From the NCBI RefSeq assembly GCF_964204645.1, contig NC_134030.1, positions 13,306,957-13,370,956 on the forward strand: DNA of 64,000 nt, in the 5' to 3' direction. Within the stretch, counting starts at the first letter, position 1, and every line of letters begins with the position of its first letter. Shown one piece after another: positions 25,897 to 37,900 of this stretch. A program made the position numbers and the translations under genes. The DNA comes from Tubulanus polymorphus. Its lineage: Eukaryota; Animalia; Nemertea. Under the pieces are notes generated by a model that made no database searches, was not told where the DNA came from, and saw only the letters and a program-made list of their open reading frames with translations.

Positions 25897-28800
25897 AATA
25901 ATAATAAATTTATTTCCACAATAAAATTACAACATGTCATAAAGAGATATACAAATATGAAATGTTTTAATATAATGTGGAGGAGATTAGATGAAGCCAA
26001 TGAAGGCTTATAAGATCTCTAATCCCCTAGCATACACCGATTCACTCAACTCATACACACATGCAGTCATACACCTTCACCCAACATGCACCCACACACG
26101 TAGTCACTCAGGCGGTCAATAACACTATCTTTCATTCACTCTTACAATCTGGTAATAGATGACAGATACAGACAGATTAATTACAAATTTATTAGATACA
26201 ATTTAAGTTTTCTTTTGAAAGTATCTATACACGACAGTTGTTTTAAACTTTTTGGCAAATTATTCCAGACAACAGGACCAGAAATTTTTACTGTGAATTG
26301 TGTTTTGTTAGTCCGAAATCTGGCAACACGAAAAGAATTTATATTTCTGGTTGAATACGAGTGTATATCAACATTCTTTTTGAAATCCCGATTAAAGGAA
26401 TTTGGCAATTTTGAATTATTGAATTTGAACATAAATAGACTTAATTGAAATTTTGTAATATGTCTAAATTTTAGGATGTTCAATTTCCTGAAGATAGGGT
26501 CAGTGTGTTCTAGGAAATGAGACTTATTAACTATTCTTACTGCTCTTTTTTGTAGTAAAATTAGTGGATTAAGCTTGTTTGCATAATTACTTCCCCAGAT
26601 TAAATTACAATATTGTAAATGAGGATAAACAAAACTATAATAAAGGGTAATAAGGATATTTGATGGGAAATGCTTTTTTAATCTGGTTAAAATTCCAATG
26701 GAGCGTGACACTTTACTGCAGACATATTTGATATGGACATCCCAATTTAATTTGTCATCTATAAAAAGACCAAGAAAATTCGTACTATGTACACGTTTGA
26801 TTAATTCTCCATTTAACCAAATGGAAGAATTAAAGTGATCTACACGACCAAAAATCATAAAGTGGCATTTCGCAATATTTATTGAAAGTTTGTTTACTTG
26901 ATACCAGATGCCAAGTTTCGCCAGTTCAGAATTTACTATGGAAACCAATTCTTTGATTAGAGTTACTATAAAAACAATTCGTGTCTTCGGCAAAGAGGAT
27001 AAAATGGAGTAATTTGGACGCATTAACGCAATCGTTAACGTATAATAAAAAGAGCAAAGGGCCTAGAATAGAACCCTGGGGTACACCAATTGATATATTT
27101 AATGGCGACGATAAGGTATTGTTGAAACTTAAAACTTGACTCCTGTCAGTCAGGTAGCTTTTAAACCAATCATGAGGAACACCTCGGATTCCGTAATAAT
27201 CAAGCTTCATCAACAAAATGTCGGTGTCGAATGCCTTAGACAGGTCCAAGAATAATCCAATAGTAATATTCTTATTTTCCAAGGCTTCAGAAAGATTATC
27301 AACAACCTTGGTTAATGCCAAATCTGTTGAATGTTTTGAACGAAAGCCAAACTGGTCGGGGATTTCAATATCCTGTTTGTTACAAAAGGAAACCAATCTG
27401 TTGTAAACTAGTTTTTCCAGAATTTTTGAGAAGCTAGGAAACAAAGATATGGGTCGATAATTATTTAAAGAATTAGGGGCTCCGGATTTAAACAAGGGAC
27501 AAACTTTCGCAATTTTGAGTTCATTGGGAACTATTCCAGTCTGAAGACTACGGTTAAAGATATAGGATAAAGGGAACTTAATGATATCAATCACCTGTTT
27601 TATAACAAAAATACTCAAACCATCGACACCGGCACTCTTCTTTAAGGGGACACCCGAGACCACATCACTTATTTCATGAGGTGAAGTCGGAAAGAGAAAT
27701 AGACTTTCATTGACACGTTTATTCATATATTGATGAAAGGATTGCCCTGTATCAGGGATTTGAGTAGCAAGCCTTTCACCAATATTTGCAAAAAAATTTT
27801 TTAACTCGTTGGCGATGTTTATATTACCAGAAATAACACGTTGATCAGAAGTAAAAGAATTAGGCATTTTAGAATAAATGTTTCTACCTAAAACTGTGTT
27901 CAACAGTTTCCACTTTTCTTTCATATCATTTCCAGCAGCGAGCAATTTTTCAGAATAATAATTAGATTCGGCTTTGTTAATAAGCTTTGAAATGAGATTT
28001 TTGTACAAGTTGTATTTTGATTTCATTTTTTCTGAACGTGTTCTAATAAATTTCCTATAAAGGTTGTTTTTTGTTTTAATTGCTGCGATAATACCAGGAG
28101 TTATCCATGGTTTATAGAATGAGGGATTAATATGATTAACTGGTACCAGAGGGAAAACTTGATTGAAAACTAAAGAAACTTTTTCAATGAAAGTAGTGTA
28201 AGCAACTGAGGGATTATCAGATGAATACACTTCACTCCAGTTAATATTCATTAGTAATCTGTTGAAATTAGAAATATTGCGCTGCGAGAAAATTCAAGTT
28301 TTAAAAGGTTGTCTGTCAGACAGAGGCTGATCACCACTGCAGATAGTAAATATTGGGTAATGATCCGAAAGGTCGGTCATAAAAATCCCAGATTTGTGAA
28401 CATGTCGCAAATCGTTACAAAAAATATTGTCAATTAAGGATGTCGAGTCACAAGTTACTCGAGTTGGCTTGTCAATCAAAGGTGAAACAGACTGAGAAAA
28501 TAAAGATTCGAGAAATATTTCAGTATCTTTGTGCGTATCATATTTCATGAGATCTATATTAAAGTCCCCCACCAGGCAGCAAAGTTTGTTCTCGCGAGTA
28601 ATTTCTGCCGTTAAAACTTCAAATTCATCTTGAAAAGTTGGTAATTTTCCAGGTCTATATATTACTCCAATAATAATATTGGATTTTTTATCTAAAACAA
28701 TTTCGATGAATAAAGATTCGAAAGTATGATTCCTAGTTGATAAGTCTGTCCGTACTTTGAAATTGAAATTTTCCTTTAGGAAGAGAGCTACGCCGCCACC

Positions 28801-29440
28801 AAGTTGACCATTGGCGCGGGATTTAAAAATACTCCGTTAATTCTATACAAATTGGAGTTAGAATTATTTGAATTAGTCCAAGTCTCGGTCAAACCAATGA
28901 CCGAAAATTGACCATTACAACAATTCAAAAAATCAGTTAAACTGTCAAAATTTTTGTTGACACTTCTGATGTTATGAGAAATGATGGATAGAATTCCCCG
29001 TTCAAGAGGAGAATCCTCGTCAACATTAAAGTACAAACAACTGTTGTTTGTAGAAGGTATATCAGTTACTGAGCTTTTCATACAAATAACAAGTCATGGT
29101 GTTTGACTAATATTCCTGGTTTTTTCTATTGAAGGTGGTATTCCGGATAGTGATCTCTCCTTTCGTTTTGCCGAGGTCGGTGTGCAGAAAGCATCACTAG
29201 TGACGCCATCTATTGCCCCGCAAAAGTGTTTAAGCAATGCAAGCTTGCCGGTTTCACTGAGGTGAATACCACTTTGATCGGTCGGCGAATAAAAGTGGTC
29301 CAAAGCTTTACCAGACGGTTTAAGTTTCAATATAGTGTCATTATCAATAAACATGATATTCTGTTCCGCGCATAGTTTCCCGATATGGTTGTTAACTGCT
29401 CTTGCAAGGCTGTTGTACTCTTTTACGTTGTTGGAGTTAT
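25897..29440 (-). mobile_element. CR1/L2-group non-LTR retrotransposon, 5'-truncated within ORF1, inserted in the MCP gene
   Basis: ORF1 SGNH-like remnant (FIDND...SGIHLSETG); APE motifs (HNIRS, GLTETW, GDFNID, SDHYPI); RT motifs (NYRPISL, DLSKAFD, GVPQGSILGP, FAED); AATAAA plus (TTA)n tail. Confidence 0.93.
26181..29081 (-). pseudogene. LINE ORF2 (endonuclease plus reverse transcriptase), frameshifted
   Basis: Four ORF-track fragments with colinear EN and RT motifs. Confidence 0.92.
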
Positions 29441-29473
29441 ATAACTCCCACTCATTTATTTAACAAAAAAATT

Positions 29474-31185
29474 AATTATTTATTTTTTATCATATTCACT
29501 AATCCAAAAATAATTGCAGTTACAATGTAATTATAAATAAAATAATATGTTCAGCAGCAAAGTTAAGAATATTCCCTGCAGATTTCAATATACAACCAAC
29601 AATCGATGCAATAACTCCAGGTAATGCTGCAGGAGATTTTTTAGATAGTTCCCATAAATATTTTGCTAATTTCTTTAAACCATCCTTAACTTTATCTTGT
29701 ATAAAATTATTATCATTCGGGGGTTTATCCGGTTTATTGGGAGTAGGAGTAGATTTCAGTGAATTTGATATAGCTAAACCTATTGTTGTAAATACCATAG
29801 TTACAGCTGTTAGAATTGAAAGAATTGTGATTCCTTCTAATTTAAATAATAATTTTATTCTGTCTTTCAATGATATTTTAGAATCTGGTTTTATTATTAA
29901 ATCTTTAAAAATAACTTTTAATTTTTTAATATGATTAAGATCATATGATTTTAATAATATATCTCTTTCTTTTTCCTGAAATCCTTTGTTATATTTTAAA
30001 TCAACTATTTCTTTTTCTACAGCTAACTTTCTGCTTTCATAATAAGCTTCCTCTATTACTTGAAGATCTCTATTTAATTCTAATTGTTTTAATTCTTCAT
30101 TTGCATTAGTTATTTCTTTTTCTAACATGGTTATTTTAGAAAATCTCATCTTAATATTAGCAATTTCACCAGCTGATTCCTGCATACCTTTAATTTCTCT
30201 ACGTGCTGGTTCGGGAAATGCTTCTAATTCATCATCAGTTAAATCAAATAATCCTTTTTCTAGTAAAGATTGTATTCGATTTATTCCATTCATCAGTTCT
30301 TCTGTATCACTTAATCTATCAATTTGTTCTTCTAATACTATTTGTAATTGACTTGAATCATTATCAATTTGTTGAATATCTCTTCTCGATGTTTCGAGTG
30401 TTGAAGATCTTAATCTATCTAATCGATCTGCAAAATCTTCATATGTTTCTGGATCAACAAAAATAGGATTTTGATTTGGATTTTTAAATGGTGAATATTT
30501 GTTTATATCAATATTAGGAATTGGTTCTTCTTCATTTATTCTATCGATTGCATTCCATACAATTCTGAGAAATTCTCTACCACCTTTTGAACCTTCAATT
30601 GTAGATCTTGCTCGCATTCCAGGTTCAAAAATATTTTCTTGACCCATTCTAGATAATTGTATTGATTCAGTTTTACCATTTAATTCAAGATTATAATACC
30701 ACGCATCATTTTTAAATTCTAAATTATTCATGAAATATGGATCATCTTTTTTAATTTGTTCTACAACACCTTCTATATCAATTTCATATATTACTTCTTT
30801 TGGTAATAATTCGTTAACAATTGTATCTGTTACTCTAGTTTTCATTAAATATAATTCTTCTTTCAATTCAGGGTTTTCTGTTCTTTCTAATCTATTAATT
30901 AAATATTTTCTTTCTAGTCTAGTTTTAATAACCCCCCTTTCGGAAGCTGTCATATATTCTTCAAATTTTTGCGTGTTTCAATATCATCTTTATATTCATC
31001 ATAATCATATAATATTGGCCCACTAGAATCATCTTCACTTAAATTAGTATTATATGCTGATGAATCATCATCATTATTATTAGATTCAGTATCATTATTA
31101 TTATCATTATTATTATTATCATTATTATTATCATTATTATATTTCCCATGTCTTCCATTGGAATATCTACTCTACCTTCTGCCAT
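29474..31185 (-). pseudogene. Polinton coiled-coil/membrane protein (MAEG start, Asn-rich N-terminus; includes the 477-aa ORF 29520-30953)
   Basis: Heptad-rich middle region; hydrophobic GITILSILTAVTMVFTTIGLAI and C-terminal segments; frameshift in an ATT-repeat. Confidence 0.7.
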
Positions 31186-31201
31186 TTACATAATAAAAAA
31201 A

Positions 31202-32572
31202 TTAAAATTTAAAATATAATATTCCTCCGATTACAATTCCTATACAAGTTATAGCTAATTTAGCATTTTCATGGGATTTATTATCATTATCAGTTTTAAT
31301 TATTTCATGTTGAATGTCTCCGTGTGGGTGCCATACGGCACCATTATTAGTTTTTATATCACCGTGTGGGTGCCGTACGGCACCATTTTCTGATGTATTA
31401 TAATCCGGTTTAGAATCATTGTTTAATTTAATATTCTTAGTTATAGTTTCTGTTGATTGAATATGTTTTTTATTTTTTTCACCTTCCATTAATTTTGGAG
31501 CAGTGATAATCTTTTTATTTATATCATTTAATCCAAATGAATTATATATTGTTGCAGTTTTAATTAGATTATTATAACCAATTATATTTCCCATCTTTAA
31601 TACTAAATCATTAGAAATAATTAATAGATTAGGGCCTATATAATAATTTAATCTAATATGTGATTTATCTAAATAATTCTGATATCTTACAATGTTTTCT
31701 GGAATCGATCTATTTTTATCATTATGAATTGAATCTTCAAATAATACTTTGAATTGTTTCTGCGCATCAAATGAAGTGTTATCATTTCCAACTATTGGGG
31801 ATCTTGTTTCAACTTGCGCACCTAAAATACATATCAAATAAGTTCTAATAGATTGATTTATTCTTTGTATTCCAGCTTTAGTAAAACCTTCCCTATTTTC
31901 TAAAATGAAATTAATCCATCCATTATTATTTTGTTGTTGTATATTATTATAATATTTTGGTAATTCATTCCAATTTAGTGTTCTTATATCTGAATTTGTT
32001 ATTATTTCTCCAAATTCTTTAGTATATAATATTCCTAATCCACCCATTGTACCAATTTTTGCTCTAAAATCATTATTTGAATTAATATTAAATTCATTAC
32101 ATATTTTATAAAACTTAGAAAAATTAATATTATTATTTAGTTCATTAAAATATTTTGAACCTGGTAAAGGACATTCTAATTCATTCAATATTAATTTTAT
32201 TTGAAAATATGTATAAAATCCAAAAAGTGATAACATCAATGGTAAACTTGGTTTGTTTAAATGATCATTCCAACTTATTCCACACCCTGTTGTTGCACAA
32301 TAAACTGCAAAATTTGATTGGTTCTGCCAATACTTCATATTAGATTTTAATAACCATTGTTTTGCTTCATTAAAATCTTTAAAATTAATTGTATACACAT
32401 GAAATATATTTTCCACCTTAACATTAAAATTATTAGTTTCAGTAACATAAATATCTGAATTAATTAATGAATTTAAAACTTCATTTCTATATGAAATATC
32501 TTTATTAAAATCTATTGCAGGAATATTATATTTAATTGATTTATTGTATTGGAACGCTTTTGGAAACCCCAT
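31202..32572 (-). CDS. Conserved Polinton hypothetical protein, C-terminal TM, probable virion component
   Basis: Intact 456 aa; WQNQ.NFAVYCATTGCGIS motif typical of this element group; C-terminal LAITCIGIVIGGILYF. Confidence 0.75.
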   Translation of the reverse strand: MGFPKAFQYNKSIKYNIPAIDFNKDISYRNEVLNSLINSDIYVTETNNFNVKVENIFHVYTINFKDFNEAKQWLLKSNMKYWQNQSNFAVYCATTGCGISWNDHLNKPSLPLMLSLFGFYTYFQIKLILNELECPLPGSKYFNELNNNINFSKFYKICNEFNINSNNDFRAKIGTMGGLGILYTKEFGEIITNSDIRTLNWNELPKYYNNIQQQNNNGWINFILENREGFTKAGIQRINQSIRTYLICILGAQVETRSPIVGNDNTSFDAQKQFKVLFEDSIHNDKNRSIPENIVRYQNYLDKSHIRLNYYIGPNLLIISNDLVLKMGNIIGYNNLIKTATIYNSFGLNDINKKIITAPKLMEGEKNKKHIQSTETITKNIKLNNDSKPDYNTSENGAVRHPHGDIKTNNGAVWHPHGDIQHEIIKTDNDNKSHENAKLAITCIGIVIGGILYFKF

Positions 32573-32588
32573 TTATATAATTAAAAAA

Positions 32589-32783
32589 TTAATAATTAAC
32601 TAATTCTTTTAATAATTTATCTCGTTCTTCAACTGTTATATGGCCATTTAAACTTATTATATAATCTCGTGTGTTTTTTAATTTATTAATTTCTTTTATA
32701 TTAGTTTTAATTTTTTCTTTATTTCTTTTTATATTTAATTTTGAACTTATACCAGTTAAAACACTTGAACTTAAACCTAGCAC
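32589..32783 (-). CDS. Small Polinton ORF fragment
   Basis: 64 aa, amphipathic then basic; start uncertain. Confidence 0.4.
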   Translation of the reverse strand: MLGLSSSVLTGISSKLNIKRNKEKIKTNIKEINKLKNTRDYIISLNGHITVEERDKLLKELVNY

Positions 32784-33114
32784 CTAATCTGATAATTTAG
32801 GTATATATTGATGTAAATTTTCTTTATTTGCTACCGCGTTATATAAACTCATTGCATCATCAACTGATTGAAAATCTCTATGTGAAATCTTCTGATCATA
32901 TAATTCCTTGTTAATATAATCCATATAGTTTTGTCTCTTTTTTCTGTATTCTTCTGCAGCTTTATTGTATTTCTCTAATGCTAAGTTATGTCTTTTTTGT
33001 TCTGATAATGAACCATTTTTATCAATATGCTTAAATAAATAAATAACCACCACCAGTAAATGCTAAAGCGTTAACAATTGCCGATCCTATAATAGTTATA
33101 ACTGCAGAAGCCAT
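32784..33114 (-). pseudogene. Small Polinton protein (hydrophobic N-terminus plus coiled coil), frameshifted
   Basis: MASAVITIIGSAIVNALAFTGGGYLF / KHIDK...EQKRHNLALEKY. Confidence 0.7.
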
Positions 33115-33141
33115 TTATTTAGCAAAGAAATTATGCACTTC

Positions 33142-33352
33142 TTATATAGCAGGAATATATTTTTGTTTTTCCAAATGATCAATAGTTAAATTAGATAAAG
33201 TAACTGCTAATGTTAATTTTAGAATATCATTTATATCAAATCTATCAACATTAACACTTCCCATTTTAAATACTTTTTTTAATACCATTGAATAACCAAC
33301 AGTTCCATCTGATAGTGAGGCTCCATTATATAATCCAGTTATTATCACTCAT
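33142..33352 (-). pseudogene. Small hydrophobic Polinton protein
   Basis: TAAATG at 33352, frameshift, then VGYSMVLKKVFKM...LEKQKYIP. Confidence 0.6.
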
Positions 33353-33407
33353 TTATTTATCAAACAATTACTATCTTCAAAATATTTAGTTATCTAAGTT
33401 ATCTTAG

Positions 33408-33719
33408 TTAATTAGTTATCTTAGTTATGATTATTTCAACATTTATTTCATTACTACTTTTATGATTATCATATATTTTAGATAATATGTTTTTAATATC
33501 ATCAATAATTTCATCTTCATTTAATTCATAATATTCTAAAGGTGTTTTAATTAAATCAATTACTTTTTCTACATTATAATTTTCTTTATTAATCATTGAT
33601 GCATTGTTAAATGATTTACTTTTTATATCAGTAATTACATCATTAAGTTTAATTCTCATTTCTTTACCATGTTTAAAATCAAACCCAAAACATATACTCG
33701 GTTCAACAGTTATATTCAT
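33408..33719 (-). CDS. Polinton hypothetical protein (103 aa)
   Basis: Intact ORF preceded by T7-N7-TAAATG. Confidence 0.6.
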   Translation of the reverse strand: MNITVEPSICFGFDFKHGKEMRIKLNDVITDIKSKSFNNASMINKENYNVEKVIDLIKTPLEYYELNEDEIIDDIKNILSKIYDNHKSSNEINVEIIITKITN

Positions 33720-33736
33720 TTATATAGTGAAAAAAA

Positions 33737-34493
33737 TTACTCTCTACATCTTATAACTAATTCATATATCACAGGGAAATTATTTAAATCAATTAAATAT
33801 CCATTATGATTTCTAATTTCTAATATAAAATTATTAAATTGAGGAATGCTTGGTTTGAAATCACATTCTGTTAAATTATAATTTATTTGCGTTCCAAATT
33901 CTTTAACATTCTTCAATGGTAAAATGTTTAATAAACCAGAATTACAAGTTATATCTTTAGTTGCTTCGAATGCTTTTGTAGGATCAATTAAATTGCAATA
34001 AATATAAAAATGCGTGTAAGGTATTAAGTTTGGTGTAGCAGCATCAATATTTTAAAAGATCTATCTGGAAAAATTCCTAACAGTTTAGCTATAGGTTTTT
34101 TTACCATAAATTTATGTTTTTCAATATTAGACAACCTTATCTTTATTCTATCAGAACTATCACTTTTTAAAAACCTAATACTAAACCCGGAATTACTACC
34201 TAACTTATGCCAGGCTTCCCTATTAATTTCTTGTGCTAATGTAAATTATATAAACCTGGTTTTAAATATATATAAGCCCATTCATTTTTATTTTTATCAA
34301 AAATCAAAAAGGCTCTATGTTCAATAGTTTTATTCGATATATTGTAAAAAGAATTACATAAACTTATATTTACTAATTTTAAAACAACACAATTCTTAAA
34401 TTCTCAATCTAATTGTACTAGTAAATAATGTGATTTATAATTTGTAAGTCTTCTTGAATCAACAAATATTCTGTATTCTTTTAATTCTACCAT
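33737..34493 (-). pseudogene. Minor capsid protein (penton, single jelly-roll), missed by the ORF track
   Basis: Manual translation: MVELKEYRIFVDSRR...NSFYNIS...LKPGLYN...HFYIYCNLID...ILEIRNHNGYLIDLNNFPVIYELVI; contains a stop and frameshifts. Confidence 0.8.
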
Positions 34494-34505
34494 TTATTTT
34501 ACATT

Positions 34506-34859
34506 TTATTCGAAATCTATTTCATGGTGCCCTTTTTCATTCTTACCTTTGTATATGAAATAGAAATCTCCATAACATAATTCTTCTAAATCTTCACTTG
34601 ATAATCTATGAAATCTATCTGGTAAATATGTTCTGAATTTATATTTATTTCCTTTTAATCCTTCATATTCTAAGTGGATAACTAATTTACTACCATATCT
34701 ATTAGTAACTGTATCAATATTTGTAATTAGATATTTCTTATGGATTGTTAATTCTTTTAACTTCTTAAACTTATAATCTACTGATTTGACATTTGAAGTA
34801 TCTTTTATTCTATCTAGAAATGATTTGTTGTTCTCACTGTGTGCTTGTTTACTCTCCAT
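34506..34859 (-). CDS. Conserved small Polinton protein, possible OB-fold/ssDNA-binding
   Basis: Intact 117 aa; FKKLKEL..KKYLI...NRYGSKLVI...YLPDRF; beta-strand-like pattern; adjacent to pPolB. Confidence 0.6.
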   Translation of the reverse strand: MESKQAHSENNKSFLDRIKDTSNVKSVDYKFKKLKELTIHKKYLITNIDTVTNRYGSKLVIHLEYEGLKGNKYKFRTYLPDRFHRLSSEDLEELCYGDFYFIYKGKNEKGHHEIDFE

Positions 34860-34930
34860 TTATTATACATATTTTTATTAAAATTTGATTAACACGCTAG
34901 AATCCTTTTCATTCTTTCCTTCTCTTTTGT

Positions 34931-37900
34931 TTATTCTCTTTTAAATTTTAAGTATTCATCTAAATTGCAACCATAAGCAACTGTGTGTATACCATCATCT
35001 AAAATATATATCTTATCATCAAATGGGTTTAGACTTATCTTCTCTATCTCTTCAATAAATATTTCATGATCTTCAGATCTTAAACATCTCATCTTATGTT
35101 TTCTAACTTCTTCATTGAATATACAATTGATGTAATCTTTTAAATGAATATTCTTTTCTACTACACTTTTGGTTATTCCTTTTAACTTTTTAGCTTCATG
35201 TTCTTTAGTTTTATATGAATACATTTTAGATCGAATACCAATGAACTCTATCATTTCTTCAACACCTAATTCATCCTTAAACTTCCCGGGAGCTTTTTTA
35301 TTATCATTGCTAAACAATTCATGGTCTTTAGGATAGTTACTGAAATCAAAATGATGTTTTAATGTTTTTAAATCATCTGTTATGTTATTAGTTTTTATCT
35401 TTAATATGTAACTGTCAGTATCAAAATATAAGATTTCTAGGTTGTAATACATTATAATAGAATTCTTACATTAATAACTTTGATAATTCTAAAACTGTAG
35501 CTCCAACATAAATTGGTTTATTAAATTTCATAGAAGTTCTCCTCATTTTAACTGCAGCTAAATTTTCATCAAATATTCTGTTACCCATAAATTTAGGATA
35601 TGTTTGTAAATGTCTAATTCTCTTACCATTACTAACTAACTCAATATCATTTCTATTTCTAATATTTTCACAAGTTTTTCCATAGAATGCATTATTCATT
35701 AACTTGAAGAAATCTTTCTCGAAATCAGTTTTAGCTTTAGTTCTGTTTGGTGTTAAAATCTATATATTTTCTAACCATTTAGATTGACTAAATGAAATAT
35801 ATCTATGTACTTTTTTAAGGATCATTCCTTGTTTTAGATAAAACATTAACATTCTATAATGTACTACATAATTATATTTATCTTCTTGAGTTACCATTAA
35901 CTTTTCTGTACGAATATGATTTTCGGGTTTCATTCTTTTTTGATAATTTGATAATTCTTCATGCGTTACAGTTTTATGTTCTGGACAGTATGCTAGATTT
36001 CTAGATTTAAATTCAATATGTTCGGGATATTCCAAGTCTACAACAAAGAAGTAACCAGTATCTGAATCATCTGCAATATCTAGGATTCTTTTCTTTCAAT
36101 CAAATTTATCATTATTTTCATGTTGTAAAACTTCATTTATTTCAAATACTCCATATGGTTGTGGTTCAATCATTGCCCAACCATATAGATTATTTGCATC
36201 TATATATAATAATTTATATCCAGGATTATCATTTACATTGAAATATCTATCACCTAATACACCTGAAACTCCTCCTCTTATAGATTTTTCAAATAATAAT
36301 AATTGATCTATATTTGTTAACAAATTTTTATATCTGTAAATTTTAAACCACAATCCCAAGTTAATCCTGGTGATGAATAACAATGGCATGGATCAATATT
36401 AAAATATTTTAGATTTACATCTCTAAACCTTTCGAATATATCCGATAATAATAATACATCAGATTTTAAATATAAATCTACTAACTGTCCATGATTTGTT
36501 ATTTTAAAATGAATCCAAATATTCAAAGTTCTATTATAGACTTCATCTTTAACATATTCATTTTTTGATTCATCATAAAATTGTTCTTTTAATAATTCAG
36601 TTATGTTAAAATCATTATGTGATTTATAAAATGAATATGGAATTGCGCCTTTATATCTCATTAATTGAAAATCATCATTATTTGGATAGTGTTGTTTTAA
36701 TATTCTTAATTCATCATCAACTAATGATTTTGATAAGTTATCTAATGAACTACCTAAAAATCTATATGAATCTATAAATCTTAGACACCCAAATTGGAAT
36801 GATATATAATTCTCAGATGTTTTAGCTAACATTTTAAATTTATAAGTTGGTATTTTATTTTTTAATCTATTTGAATTTAATCTTTCTATTTCATGACATA
36901 GCTGTTTGATACATAAATGTGCGTCATATCCTGATAAACTATGAAATATTGCTGGAACAAAGTTATTTTTCTTAGCTTGTAAGTTACAATTCTCATGCGC
37001 CGCGCCTCTAAACTTTCCATTCAAATGATCATGGTCTCTTACTTTTTTATATTTATAATTAAATATTATGATTCACAATAATAACATTTATCTGCAAACT
37101 CAAATGCTTAATGATTCACAATAATAACATTTATCTATATTTTATTATTTATATGCAATAATGATTCACAATAATAACATTTATCTGCAAACGCAAATGC
37201 TTCTTTATCTTCTTCTGTCATTATAATTTCTATATTTGTATCTAATAGTTAACTAAATTTTATTTCATACTCGATTTATAAGTCACAAAAATGATTGATA
37301 ACATTTTCATTTCTGTAATGATTATACTCACTTTTAATTAGTTCTGGATAATCAGATTTAATATATAATCCAAAAGCTGCAGCTGATTGATGAATCTTTT
37401 TAATAGTATTTGTTATTAGGGGATCTGAATAATCAATTATGTCATTTTCATTAGAATTAAATTTCTCTCTTTTATGATAAATTTCTTTTCTATCTTGATC
37501 AGTTAATTCTTTATCTAATGATTCAAAATCTCCATATATAACAAATGGTACTTTATTCTTGTAATCATATTTTTTGAATTCTAATATTTTATCCTTTTCA
37601 TTTGGTAAAACTAATTTACAATAATCATGATTATCACATAATTGTTTATGATTTAATAATGTACTTTCATTACTGAATCTATGTAAACATTTTCTACATA
37701 GATATATTTTATGGTGATCATTTTCTGATTTAAAAAATAAATCGATTTGTTTTTTCCACATATAATGATTTTCATTATATAGTATATCTATAACATCATT
37801 TGAATCATAATCTTTTGATAGGTTTAAAAAAAGGTTCTAATGTATAATGTTTTATATTGTTACCTTTTGTTTTTGGTAATTTGAGTAAATCAAACACATT

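Larger units (their letters stand above)
24667..29455 (-). pseudogene. Major capsid protein (double jelly-roll/hexon-like); first codons at 29455-29441, remainder 25897-24667
   Basis: IITHNPSNINPDETLYVRIPRL, VVDNVGRYLIKKLTIKI, YKDLW, NFPRRSIKGILIFF, YALWLD.R...LHGSG, YIISDAQLNI; family recognised from motif memory; frameshifts. Confidence 0.85.

Noticed and set aside
29441-34859. TAAATG explained simply as stop-start overlap
   Set aside because: In the clear cases the upstream stop is 17-20 nt earlier, before the T-run, or overlaps in another frame.
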